Assembly (NCBI GenBank): GCA_951406725.2
Contig: OX597818.1
Coordinates: 5,394,001 to 5,458,000 of the forward strand
Reading direction: 5' to 3'
From: Octopus vulgaris
Lineage: Eukaryota
Length of the DNA stretch: 64,000 nucleotides
In this document: positions 13,464 to 26,359 of the stretch, in pieces
Numbering within the stretch: position 1 is the first letter of the stretch
Layout of the letters: each line of letters opens with the position of its first letter
Made by a program: the position numbers and the translations under genes
Notes under the pieces: model-generated
What the model was told of the DNA's origin: nothing
Databases searched by the model: none
What the model saw: the letters and a program-made list of their open reading frames with translations, nothing else

Positions 13464-13508
13464 TGAACCCGAAGATTGCAGAATTCAATGCATGAAAGTA
13501 CTAGTTCA
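13464..13508 (+). ncRNA. Minimal type I hammerhead ribozyme in the PLE 3' region
   Basis: TGAAC-CCGAAGA-T-TGCA(GAATTCAA)TGCA-T-GAAA-GTAC-TA-GTTCA. Stem I TGAAC/GTTCA, palindromic stem III AGTACT, CUA triplet. Confidence 0.75.
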
Positions 13509-13670
13509 ATCAGAATGAATATTTAACATTCTACTATTTCATTTTATTTTATTCAATTATAATATATTATCTTATAATATATCATTATAAGATTGTAAAT
13601 AAAACGTGAAAATCAGACAAGGTTGGAATTCTTTTTATTAATATATTCTTCTATACACAATCACACACAC

Positions 13671-13719
<49 letters not shown>

Positions 13720-14000
13720 TATATATATAAATGTATATATATATAAGAATTTTGTGCGTAATAAGATAAAAATCCAAGGCTGAGTAGATATTAGAGCATT
13801 TATAGATAGGTCTTACAGCTGTTTCTAGGATGATTAAGTCATAGTTTAGATGTGATGCAAAAGGAAAGAAAATAGATGCAAGATATGTATGGATATTGAA
13901 GTTGTAAATCCATTTTTTAGGTATAATGGTACATATGCAATAATCCAATATCCTATGAGTAAAATCCAAAAGTCCAACAGAGTTTAAAATAGGTTCTTCC

Positions 14001-14032
<32 letters not shown>

Positions 14033-14056
14033 CATATATATATCTGCATGTGAGTA

Positions 14057-14094
<38 letters not shown>

Positions 14095-14428
14095 CATCGA
14101 AATGGGGAGAGAGAAAATGATAGGAAGAATGACAAGTTAATAGTAAGTTAGATATATAAATAATTACAACGACAAGCGTATATAATGTCATAGAGGCATA
14201 ATGAATTCAATGTATATCTGAATAGACTGAGTTGTGAATATACGTGAGGCACATTGAATCTTGAATGGAATAACGGGAAGAAGGATAACGGGTGTGTATA
14301 TATATATCTCCGTGTACATGTAACACTTAATTTTGTCTTATTATTTTTAAGGGCATATGTGTTTTGAAAAATCAATATATGTACACATATACACACACTC
14401 ACTCGCACATACACATTCACCCCCTCTT

Positions 14429-14475
<47 letters not shown>

Positions 14476-14493
14476 ATGATAAATCTCAGAGCG

Positions 14494-15031
14494 AGTTATA
14501 ACCAGTAGCGGTAACACATCGTGTTGCATATTTGCCATTTGAATATGGCTAACCCATAAGGGTGGATGCTACTGTAGTTTGTAGCCCCAGGAAGATATCT
14601 CCTCCAGCTGGCCATAGACACACTGTCTGTGTCCTGTCAGTATTTGTGAAGGGGAGCCATATTCAAATGGCAAATATGCAACACGATGTGTTACCGCTAC
14701 TGTTTATAACTGTTTATCATTGTTTGATTTCACTTTTTCAATATCAGTGTCAAATCGACACTGGAAAAAGTATATGTATTTGTGAAGGGATCTGACTTCT
14801 CATCGACAACCATGATTGTCACACGCTGATGAAAGGTAAACACCTTGAAACTCGGGTACGTGTGTATCATGTGTTGAAGACGGGGATGATGACTCCCCTT
14901 CACAAATACTGACAGGACACAGATAGTGTGTCTATGACCAGCTGGAGGAGATATCTTCCTGGGTCTACAAACTACAGTAGCATCCATCCTTATGGATTAG
15001 CCATATTCAAATGGCAAATATGCAACACGAT
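14494..15031. mobile_element. Non-coding HHR-bearing element: 344-nt unit plus inverted partial copy
   Basis: AGCCATATTCAAATGGCAAATATGCAACACGAT occurs at 14655 and 14999 (period 344). 14494-14655 is an inverted copy of unit sequence. TA-rich flanks. Confidence 0.8.
14820..14864 (+). ncRNA. Type I hammerhead ribozyme, canonical core
   Basis: CACACG-CTGATGA-AAGGT(AAAC)ACCTT-GAAA-CTCGGG-TA-CGTGTG; GUA triplet. Confidence 0.9.
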
Positions 15032-15254
15032 ATATATACATACTTATAAACATATGTATATATAACTTTGTATATTTATGTGAGTGCATATGTGTGTGTG
15101 CAGTTGTTGAGAAATATGTATATTTGCTTTTAATTTTGCAGGAGGTGCGCTCCCATTTTCTCTGAATCTCTCTCTCTCTCTGTACACACACTCACACACA
15201 CACACAAACACACACATACACACACACACACATACACACACACACAAATACACA

Positions 15255-15298
<44 letters not shown>

Positions 15299-15314
15299 CT
15301 CTTTTTTATTTTTA

Positions 15315-15715
15315 CTCTTTTGACTTGTTTCAGTCATTTGACTGCGGCCATGCTGGAGCATCGCCTTTAGTCGAGCAAATCGACCCCGGGACTTATTCTT
15401 TGTAAGCCCAGTACTTATTCTATCTGTCTCTTTTGCCGCGCTAAGTGACGGGGACGTAAACACACCAGCATCAGTTGTCAAGCAATGCTAGAGGGACAAA
15501 CACAGGCACACAAACATATACATACACATACATATATATATATACATATATACGACAGGCTTCTTTCAGTTTCCGTCTACCAAATCCACTCACAAGGCAT
15601 TGGTCGGCCCGGGGCTATAGCAGGAGACATCTGCCCAAGATGCCACGCAGTGGGATTGAACCCAAAACCATGTGGCTGGTTAGCAAGCTACTTACCACAC
15701 AGCCACTCCTGTGCC
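15315..15715 (-). mobile_element. tRNA-derived SINE with internal microsatellite
   Basis: tRNA-like head (TGGCTGTGTGG, GGTTCAATCCC). Reverse complement of the copy at 49068-49475. Confidence 0.85.
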
Positions 15716-15730
15716 TATAAACAATGTGCT

Positions 15731-15850
15731 ATGCTTACTGCACCTAGGTTTCCCAAGCGGTCACCCATCTAAGTACTGACTAGGCTCGACGTTGCTTAAC
15801 TTCGGTGATCAGACGAGAACCGGTGCTTTCAACGTGATATGGCCGTAAGC
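15731..15850 (-). rRNA. Solitary full-length 5S rRNA gene or pseudogene
   Basis: Minus strand reads GCTTACGGCCATATCACGTTGAAAGCACCGGTTCTCGTCTGATCACCGAAGTTAAGCAAC...GATGGGTGACCGCTTGGGAAACCTAGGTGCAGTAAGC. Terminal helix pairs. No T4 terminator directly downstream. Confidence 0.92.
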
Positions 15851-16373
15851 CATATATATTACTCCCCTTTTAGCGTATGATCTGCTACTTATTTAGAAAC
15901 AATATCAGGGATTATACTCCCCTTGTTTGACGAGTCATCTGTATATAAACTGGCTACAGAAGAACACACAGACACAGGCTTTTATCAGCCGCTTGACCAA
16001 CAATATCTGCAATATAATTTCCCTCTAGCTGCTTCCTAACATACTGCCACACATACACAGGCGCACACACACATACATGTAGGTAGTTTCTCACACCCAA
16101 ATAAGATAGCTTTTATTCTTAAAACAATTCGAACATTAACATTAGTTATACAGAATATATTCACACCCTTTGGTTTTCTGTAATTCTTCCCCTACCAAAT
16201 TTAACCGCAGTTTGACCTCGATTTATTCCAACGGACTTTTTCGTCGGCCTTCACCCACCCTGACATCAACGCACATTGAGAGACAGTTTTGTGCCATTCA
16301 TATCATGGGCTCCTAGGGAGCGTTTTGTTCGAATAGCTTGCTGCGCATTTGTTTTGGAGATTTAAATTCCTGG

Positions 16374-16459
16374 ATTTTCCTGAAGAGAAAGCTGCAAAAT
16401 GGTCTCCTTATTCAATCTGAATTTGGAAATTTGCAGCCTTTGAAACATGTGTAGAAAAT
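16374..16459 (+). ncRNA. Type I hammerhead ribozyme with extended stem II
   Basis: ATTTTC-CTGAAGA-GAAAGCTGCAAA...TTTGCAGCCTTT-GAAA-CATGTG-TA-GAAAAT. Confidence 0.8.
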
Positions 16460-16559
16460 AATAAAAAGGAATTTTGTAGAAACTTCGTTCAGCTCCATTT
16501 CTTCCCTTCACTAAATATATATATATATATATATATATACATACATATGCATATATGCA

Positions 16560-18790
16560 TACATAAACACACATGGTTCATCCCAATGTCTAGCAACAAC
16601 GGGAGGCATGCATTGCACTTCAGACACGTGGAGAAATATCGCAACAAGATGAGTTTTTTCATAAGTCGGTGAATAGTGGGATGTAGTATCTTCATACTTC
16701 TTTCAATGTTGTCGGCTGCAGTGTAGAAGAATATGATCGGCCTTGAACCTCAGCTTCTTTACACGTTTGCAAATGCTGTAGGGATTAGGTTAGGAATCGA
16801 CTAACCAACTAATGTCGTGGCCCATTATCAAGGATTGGTGACAGGTCATTCTAAAGTCAAGGGTCGTTTAGCAAAGCTCGTAAAATAGAAAGAGGTAGAT
16901 TGCAGGGAGTGTTAGTTGTATAAAAAGTGTTTAGCTCGGGCACTGTAAGTTAGGTAATGAAATGTGAATGGCCTGTGAAAATTTCTTCAACACGAAACAT
17001 AAATCTCTATTGTCAGAAGTAGATTTTGTGCGCTAAAAGATGTCCGATAGATCCGGGGCAGAAATAATTTCACAGTTCGTGTTTTGAAAGACACAGCCTG
17101 ATGCATGTTCGTCGACCTCCAGCAGATGTACGTGGCTTTCCAGAAGCATTTCCATTGAGCTTTATGAAATCATGCCAAATTTTTTTGCGACAATTTCGGG
17201 GGATGTTTTTCACCACTGGAAGTAGAACACAAAAAATCTAAGAGTTGTGATCCGAGTGTAGTGAGGTTGATGAAAATAAGAGGTACCATTGGTAGGACGT
17301 CGTACATAACATTCGCTCCAGGTTTCAACGAACAGTTTGGCGCGTAGCAGACGAGTTAATTTATTTAATGTTGCGTAAGGTCTAAAATTCCTCCTGTAAT
17401 TTGGAGAACTGCTGGTGGGGAAACATTGGTCCTTAGTGTCAGGATATGGTGGATTTCTTCTGTAACTGGAGACCGTATAACAACAATAGCTCATTAATCT
17501 AATTGGAAATACTTTTGTAACTGGTGACTGTATAACAATGATAGTTCATACATATGATAGCCCATTTATAGTTTTGTATCATATTTTACTCAGTCGATAT
17601 TTGTCTGTAAATCCCAACGAGTTATTTAAATCTATGTGATGTCCCTTATTCCCGCCGCCCTGATGGGAAATAGACGAATGTACTAATATTGACAGTTTAA
17701 TTGGCAAGGTTTTTGCCTTGTTGTAGGGTATCAATAAATCCTTCAAATCTCAAGAATATTACAGTTCCTCCAGTATTCAGGAATGGCATTTTCTGCTAGT
17801 CTCCAATGCATTCCATTACACTACAGACTCCTAGGTAATGGTCTGACCAGTAATTTCCACTAGAAAGAAATTCACTTTTCTCTTCGACAATCACTTCATC
17901 CCTGGCTGGCTACATCAGTATATTCCTCAAATTTTCTGAACCTGGTAAGTACTATATTATAATGCGGTATTACAAAACCTATGACTTTACGCTGTTTGCT
18001 ACTTTGCACTTTGCAATCACTTTCTGCATCTTTGCATTAAAAGTATGGTCACTGATAAAATAAAAATTTGATAAAATCACGTAATTATTATTCTACATCA
18101 CAAGTTGTCTCGTTTTCATACCACCTTTCCGCCATCTTGAATGCACATACTCATCCCAATGCACTCTTTTGCCTACATTGTCATAACTGCGCTTATATAC
18201 TTTTTGTGCTAACTAATAGCACTCACCTAAATAATGGTCAGCACTATCCTTTCCATTTCAGTAAATTCATAATTTACTCTGATTGAGTTTTGTCCTTATT
18301 TCTCCCTATTAAGTGCGTTCCGGCTTTTTGTTTCTGAGCTCGTTTTATTCGCAATTCAATTTCACGGTTCGGGTTTCTATCTATCAGCTAAAATCATTTT
18401 TTTCAACATCTTAGGTTCTAAAATTACCAAACTTGTACCGATGTGTTTTTATTAGATTATGTAAATTTTGTTCAGGCGAACAAATGCGCACCTTTTTGTA
18501 AGCCTACTGTTTTTTTTTTGTAAATTATCTCAATTTTGTATGTCCAGAACTGAATTCCCGAGAAAAAGTAACAATAGTCACCGGAGATGATTATAAAAAA
18601 GGAATAGAGAAAGTCTATTGATACTACGAACGACAAAGTAAGTAGGAGTGAAGAAATTAGTTTGCCATACATCTGCATACATCTGTATCAGAAGCATATG
18701 TGTAGCCATAACAACGACAGACTATACCAAAGAAAAAAAAAATTAAGTGTCACCGTGTCGAAACTATCCGCGTCGAAACTATCCACTGAT
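16560..18790 (-). mobile_element. Possible Mutator-like (MULE) relic
   Basis: HPTIHRLMKKL resembles the MULE HPxIWxFI motif; KTSPKLSQKIW; tandem GTCGAAACTATCC motifs at about 18757-18786. Confidence 0.3.
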
Positions 18791-19387
18791 AGTGAAGAAA
18801 ATAATCAATATGCACAACAATAATAATAACACCAACAAAGCTACAAGGATATATTCGTTTGCTTCTGTAACCACCTGTGTGTGGATCAGACAATCATTCA
18901 AAAGCATGGTAGAATTGTAAAAATATATAAATGTGATATTACGTGAACTAGATCCTGGAAATCTCCATTAGCTCAAACACAGTGCCTGCAAAATACATCA
19001 TTGTAACACAAAGAGAAAGTTTGTGTTGTAAAACAATAACTGAGAGTGGCATGTACGGCCGAGTAAACGAGCCTGCTTTCAGCATGTTCCTATCTATGGA
19101 AAGAGGACAACTGGTAGAGGGCATTTAACTTAAATTTCAGGGTGATTATTGTGAGTTTTCTACGAGAAGGCTTCGAGGTTCTTACAGCATTTGAATAATT
19201 ATGCTGTACCCCTTAACCTATTTGTGCCTGTGACCTGTGATGATACTGGTGTAACATCATTGTTTGAATATTTTGCCATTGTTATTTATATTTTTACTAA
19301 GGTTTTCATGTAATTTTACACTGTATGGATCCTGAAACCTCCTCGATGTTTTTGCCGACCGTGGTGGTTACTGAAGAATACCAAATG

Positions 19388-19388
<1 letters not shown>

Positions 19389-19452
<64 letters not shown>
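19389..19452. repeat. (TTA)n microsatellite
   Basis: Seen directly. Confidence 0.95.
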
Positions 19453-19453
<1 letters not shown>

Positions 19454-20981
19454 CGTTATTGTTGTTGTTGTTAATAGTAATAATAGTTTCATCCCCTTCC
19501 TCCTTCTCACCATCGTCATCATCATAATTATTATATTATTGTATTATTGCTGATATCGCCTTCTTTATATTTTGCACATGGCATATATGGAATTTATTAA
19601 ACATTTTGGAAGGTCACACTGTATACTTTCACAGGACAGGAGCATTAACTTTCTAATGAATTCCATTTCGGTCACCGCCCAAAACTAAGTCGAACATGAT
19701 TTCTGGTTATACGGAGACCGTTCTGAGAAGAAATTAGTGAAAGTGAATCCGGAATTCAAGAACTTCACTTTCCAGCAAATAGTTAATGACAACGAAGATG
19801 GAAAGATAGTCTGCTACTGGCATAGCAACATCAGCACAAAGCAAACCGCCAGGAGCTCTCTTGCCGGAGGTGTAGCCATATCCAATTATGAGCGAATATA
19901 CCTGACGATGTCAACATATCTTTTCCGTACCGAGATATGAAACATTACCCACATCTCTAAGAAAACAAATGCACTCTAGGGAAATGAATGAAAAGTCTGC
20001 AGTCTCTAAGTTTATTTTTTCTGGAATAGTGGACACTTGTTTGAAAAATTCTTTTGCTGTGAAATAGCGTAGGCGAAGATTTGCCTTTCCTCAGTGAGCA
20101 GGAGAATTAAAACTCTTTCAGAACGGAATGAAATTCGCAGCGGTTTGGATGTCCAACAAAAGCTAGTGGATCACATAGACATAGTGTACTGATTTCTAGT
20201 TTTGATCGTGGATGTAATGAGAATCAGCTACAAAGGACTCAAAGAAGACCGTAATAAAACTACCTGGTAACCTTCATGCCATATTCCCACTTAACTACTC
20301 CCAAGAAGTGTAACTTTAATTTGCTCCTGTAAACACAATGGTGTTGCATTGACAATCCCGTTATTTACGATTGTCTGTTTAACTGTTTAAAAGGTTCTTT
20401 TAAAATAATTTTGTGCGTAATAATTTGAAGCTGTGTTTACTTACTCGGTGTTTTCTCGATGATCTGCTTGTACTCAACTGTTCACCTCCTATGAAAGTCT
20501 GTCCTGCATTTTCCTGATTATGTGCACGAGCTGCATGTTATTTCAAAGAAAAATACCTAGTTGGATAAGCATAATATCTGCACAGAACACCACTTATGTT
20601 TACATCTTTACGTTCTAAAAACACCATATTCTTTTGTAATTGACATTAGTATTAATATTGGTTGCATTACAATGATTATTTTCGCGTTGAAATTCCTAAG
20701 TTATCGTTTATAATTGTTTTTATTTAGTGGCGCAATGTTTTATAATTATTGTCGTTGTTTACCCGAATAGCAGCTTGTTTCTTTTTCTGTTAATGAAATC
20801 ATGGTCAGAAGTTGAACCACTACACTTAGGCGTGGTTTTCGTTTTTGTGATGACCCCCTCTGATTCCGTCTTCTCATTGAAACATTATTACTTAAAAAAA
20901 TCAATATAGTTTTAAAATAAAAATGGATTCCAACCAAGGAATCATGTTCGAAGCGAAGTGTTATGAAAGTAAGAGACAAAT

Positions 20982-21048
20982 GAGAGAGAGAGAGAGAGAG
21001 AGTGTGTGTGTGTGTGAGATACATATACATATATATATATATATATAT

Positions 21049-21112
<64 letters not shown>
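20982..21112. repeat. Compound (GA)n/(GT)n/(TA)n microsatellite
   Basis: Seen directly. Confidence 0.95.
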
Positions 21113-21116
<4 letters not shown>

Positions 21117-22357
21117 AATGAGTGAGAGAGTGAAAGAGAGAATGAGAGACGGACAGGCAGAGAGGAAGATTAATCAACTTTCAGAATGCTAACTGAATCT
21201 CTCTTATTACTGGCACACGTACTAAAACTATAGTAATAAAATGCATTGACGTCACAGACGAAGCTACTGCAGCTACTATTACAGTGACGTCATCTCATAT
21301 TGAAGCAAAGTAACACTGTAACTTGCAACAAGCCAAATGACATGAACACAATAGCACTGATAAAATAAACAATGTCAAATCCACTAAGAAAATAAATATC
21401 CTTCGATGACAAGAAAATCATCAAGAACATAAGAGCGCCCAGAGAAACTATCGTATTCAATCACAGACATCGGAAGATTCAATATACGAAACCAGCGTCA
21501 AGAGAAGCATATCCAGAAGATATATTTTCCCAATAAGCTACCTGGCAACTCAAGAGTTTTACGAGATGGCAGTCACCATTTGCACCACTGCGACCAGAAG
21601 CGCTTGTATGCGCCATAATATCATAAGGATTCCGCTGTACTTGGAAAGATGGATGTGCAAAACACAATTCAACAAGTTATAAAACCTGAGGTATGAAATT
21701 AGAGTGCTTGAGAGAGTTAGAAGAAAGGACTGATGGGATTCAAGTCCACAACAAGCACGGTTCTTTGTAATTTTTTTACACATCTAGGGTTCGGTTGACA
21801 CTTTTATATGATTATTAGAGACAAAGGGTCCTTTGAGAGTTATGAAGCAACATTTTTCAATGCGATGTTGTCTGGCGATTTACCCCACCCTGTGTACCTA
21901 ACACTTTTACCGATCGTCGATGCAGGCCATCGAGGTAGGTATTCTGTGTTCTAGACTGCTATGCGCCCTGAACTGTTGAACCAAGAATCTTATGCATCTG
22001 CTTGGGGTTGATAAACATATAGCCATTATTGTCTACCCAAACGGAATTGTAGTTTTATTGCCAACTTTAGCCTCTTCTACTCAGGTTCATCGCGCGACAT
22101 TCCTCCTCACGTTTTTTAGAGTACTTGCCTTAGCTCTGGCAGTGCAGCTTTGTGCTTCACTTTGAAGAATTGATCGAAGGCCAGACTTACCGCAAGAACT
22201 TATGTTACGATGTCTGTCCTAATCGACTTTTTCTAAGTTTCCACCTAAGGCTCCCTTTATTCTAAAATGAACCAGCTCTATCCTAATCGGCCTTTTATTG
22301 TTGACGATTACACTCGTGAATGTCTCATTACCAAATTTACTCAGAACACAAAGAAGG

Positions 22358-22515
22358 ACGAAATACCGCTAACGACTCTGCTACACGTTCTGAGTTCAAA
22401 TTCCTTTGCCTTTTATCCTTTCAGGGTCGATAAAATAAGTATATTTTGAACACTGGGGTCAATGAAATCAATAGTCCCTTCCCTAAAATTTCAGGCCTTG
22501 TGCCTGGAACAAAAA
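22358..22515 (+). mobile_element. Degenerate SINE, CCTTTCRGGGTCGATAAAATAAGTA family
   Basis: Same core as copies at 29130, 29388, 39481 and 40843. Confidence 0.7.
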
Positions 22516-22699
22516 AACTTATTATTGTTCATTTTGAAGGTCATGTGTTACAAAAAGAAGGGGAAGTAAGACAGAGAGAAAAAGGAACGAAGAAAAAAGA
22601 ACAAAATGAAGAAAAAAACAAAAAGAAAATAAAGGGGGGAAATGAAAGGAAATTCATGGCGACAATGATCTTCTCAATACGTGTGACGTACCAGCTAAG

Positions 22700-23215
22700 A
22701 CACTTAAAAAAAATTCCTGCATGAATGGTAGGCCAGGGGTCATCCTCAAATAATTATTCAGATCCTTTTTCCATCATTCCATGCGCACCTACAATCATTG
22801 GTATTGTAACCGTCTTGAGATGCCACATTTTTCGACTTCACTGAGCATATCTTTATATTTTCTGATCTTATCAAATTATTTCGCGGAAATATTATGATCA
22901 CAGGGTATGCTCATGTCAATCAATAAACAGATATTGTTGTTTTGGTCTTTCACAACAAAATCTGGTTAATTAGCTTTGATGGTTCGGTCCGTATGTACCG
23001 GAATGTCCCAGAGAATCGTTACATATTCTTCCTCATTTACAGCCTCAGGATGGTGCTTGTACCATTTGTCAGCCGTTTTGATTTTGTAATGCCGACATAT
23101 TATCCAGTTTAGATGTTGGCCAATTCTGTCATACCTTGATTTATACTCTACTGTTGCTAAAAACTTACATCCAGAGATTAGGTAGTCTACTGTTTCAATC
23201 TCGTCGTTGCAGTAT
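22700..23215 (-). mobile_element. R4/Dong-type LINE 3' (RLE) fragment
   Basis: Minus strand LWDIPVHTDRTIKAN*PDFVV and KMWHLKTVTIPMIVGA. Confidence 0.8.
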
Positions 23216-23228
23216 CGGTCCTTTGTTA

Positions 23229-23380
<152 letters not shown>

Positions 23381-23389
23381 TTTAATTTT

Positions 23390-25060
23390 ACTCAGATTTG
23401 GTCTCATTCCTGGTAGCGCTTATGTGGATAGCGGGTTACTACCTGTAACCTTAGTATCCACAATTTTCCAGTAGACTTGCAAGTGCTTAGAAACCTGAAA
23501 AGTCTTGCTGTACAAGACTTTCAAGCTATTTCTCATTTTTCGCATAAGCCTTTATATCATCTATGATAGGCTATCATCTTGGAATATTCTATGTTTGATG
23601 TTCACTTTTATTACGTTGTTTCCTGCATCCATTCTGTTCCTCTGGAAGTGAATTGTTACTGATGTTGTCGAACTCTTCCTCATAGACAGCGGTCATAAGC
23701 TTCAACATAATTGGTAAATAGGCTATAAGTCGAAAAGTTGATGCCAAGTTCCCTCTTAAGGGATTCTTGAGAGGGCAGCGTTCGTCCACTTGTCATCCAT
23801 GCAGGTTTGTGGTCATCCAGTTGCGCAGCGATCCTTTCATGCAGCTGTATAAAGTTCTTCCGCTCTTTCGTTATGTCTCAATGGCCTGTCCACGGACCTC
23901 CCCAAAATTCTTGACCTTCTTCTGCATCTGGAATAAGTTCCTGGTGTTGGCCTCCTACTTCCTCAAAAAAGAATCCTTCTATTTGATTGGAGCCGTCTAT
24001 TCTGTTCGAAACATTTGCATCTAGCGATATATCTTTTCAATTTGGCCTTTAATGCAGTTACTTTTTTTTGTGTCATGTAATGTTTGTTTTCCCCCTTTTT
24101 CTAACCTGTACTGTCAATTGAATTTTCTGATCGCTACCTTATTCTTGAGCTCTCCTCTCAGTATCCTATTCAATCGTCCCAGTTCTTTCCATGTTTTTTC
24201 TAACTTCATTTGTATTCTCATCCTCCAGTTTGGTTCTTTCTTTTCATTTGCTTTTATATCTTCAGTTTTTCGCTTGTAGCCTACTTTGTTAGCTACGACA
24301 TTAGCAGCAGCTATGATTATCTGGTTTGTTTCACTGATGTCTTCTGTTTTAATGAAGCTTAAAATGTCATTTACTTTGCCTATGGTTCTCCTTGCTTTTT
24401 TGTATCCATATATTTTACATTTGTTTGCATTTCATTGTTCCCATCAGACATTTTAACTCGCAGCATCTCTAAAATCTCCTTCCCTTCATCATTCAAGGTT
24501 TGTGCAGTACTTACGTTAAACTTTTCCATTTAAATCGTTTTCATTAGTTACTTTATCAATATTGTCTTGTACTCTGCAATTTCCATCTGTTTAATTTTTT
24601 TCATCTGTTACCCCTTCATTACCTCTTTCTGCTACTGTTGTTTCACTCACCTTCAGCTTTATTTTTAAAATCTACTTTGAATTTCTTCAGTCTCTACTCC
24701 CGTAATCCAGTCATTCCTACGGATCACTCTTCCTTGGTCTATCATTCGCTGGGCAGATGCTCCAAAACCTCCTTTTTCATCCCATATTCTCTTTATTCGA
24801 TTCATAATGTTTCTTTTGTTCAGTTCACTTCTCAGCCAGCATTCTATTACTATTTTGTTTACATCTTATTCCTATTTCATTGTTTTTCTTTTTGCACATT
24901 TGACTGCGATTTTGGTCCTGACCAATAGCCTGATCACGACCTGCTGGTGTTTCATCAGATACGCCCTGCTTGCTGTGCTCGACACCTTCACTGTTAACAG
25001 TTCTAGTTACGCTAGCGCAGTTGTGGCTATTATTTAATTTTCACATCACTCAGAAGTAGC
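23390..25060 (-). mobile_element. Internally deleted R4/Dong-type LINE
   Basis: FRLIAYLPIMLKL and PEEQNGCRK. The end at 23390-23470 matches 25365-25450. Confidence 0.7.
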
Positions 25061-25359
25061 ATTTGTAAGGTTGTGCAATAAGCAATCATTTTAACGTGGC
25101 GCCATCACTAAGTGAGTTCCTCGCCAAGGCTGTGAGAGTTCACATCTACCCTCGTACACACTATTTTTAGTGCCAGTCTCGTTCATTTCATTGTTTTATA
25201 TATTTGTATTTGACATTTATACTGAAGAGAACTTTGCTGTTTAGGTGAAACAACCATCAGTGTTTTTATTAAGATACCTTGTCTTGAGGGGTCGCCGAGG
25301 AAGCCTGAAGAGACTTCTCTTCCCTATTATTTCTGATGTTATTCTGATTAATATTTTAG

Positions 25360-26285
25360 TTTGGCTCAGATTCGGTCTTATTCCTGGTAGGAATTATGTG
25401 GATAGCGGGTAACTACCTATAACTTTAGGTATCGACAAGATTTTAGCAGTCTTTCAAATGATTAGAACATTCTTGATAATCATTGCTGTCCCGAAGAGAC
25501 AAACTTCCTGTAGGAGCTCTACAGGGTATTCTGTTTCAATCTCCCTCAGTTATTTGTCTATATCTTGGATTCCTGTTCCAAACGCACCATTCATTTTAGG
25601 CACGACGCGCATGCTCCAAATTCTTCCTGTTTCAAATTTTATGGAATTGTATTTTTCAGTTTTTCTTCTTTCTTTACGATCCTTGAGTCAAAGGACATGA
25701 TAGGTCGATAAGTAAGCAACTTCGCTATTCATCATCTATAATCGTTATGTCTGGTCAATTATCTTCTAATTTTTGTCTGTTTCAAGAAGAAAGCCCCACA
25801 AAATCTTACATTTCTCCAACTCCAGTGTACTTTCGACACGATGATTGTACCATGTGTTCCCAGCTTCAAATCCCAATTTTTGGCAAAGTCTCCAGAGTAA
25901 AACGTTTACTACCTTGTCGTGCCTCCATTTTTTATACTCTTCCTGTGCCGACTTAGGATAGTCCTCCACAGGGTGTGCCATCATCTCGTTCCAAGTTCCA
26001 CAGTCCCTACATTTTCCTGACACATTGTCTTCATATATAATTTTATAAAGTTGCTTGTTTTTATCGCTTGATCTTGGGATTCCACAATTAGGCTCTATGT
26101 TTCTTTTTTTTTTATTTGTTTGCTCACATCTTAACCAAGCTCAAGATTTTGTTCCACATATCTTCAGTGCATCTCCAAAATTGGCATCGATGAATTTTCT
26201 CTTCGACTCGTCTGACGTCCTCTCTTTGTATTTCATATTTATCCTTTTCTCCTATTGCGCGCTCCACCAGCTGTTCTTTATTAAC
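25360..26285 (-). mobile_element. R4/Dong-type LINE 3' fragment
   Basis: CRDCG...AQEEYKKWRHDKV..KILWGF (CCHC/RLE region); adjacent to (TTA)n. Confidence 0.8.
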
Positions 26286-26296
26286 TGCATTATTAC

Positions 26297-26355
<59 letters not shown>

Positions 26356-26359
26356 TTTT

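Larger units (their letters stand above)
9105..13646. mobile_element. Penelope-like element as a 4.5-kb head-to-head palindrome
   Basis: Arms 9105-11365 and 11386-13646 mirror each other (paired coordinates sum to 22751) around a 20-nt spacer. TA-rich flanks. Confidence 0.95.

Noticed and set aside
13805-13830. Minus-strand GAAACAGCTGTAAGA (HHR 3' half)
   Set aside because: No matching CUGANGA half found.
13661-14538. ORFs rich in YI/CV/NN/II/ER repeats here and throughout the window
   Set aside because: They are translations of microsatellites, not genes.
19560-20560. Possible decayed DNA-transposon coding relic (LICSCKH)
   Set aside because: Motifs too weak to assign.
25215-25265. CTGAAGA...GAAA hammerhead-like spacing
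   Set aside because: Stems I-III do not pair in register; degenerate at best.
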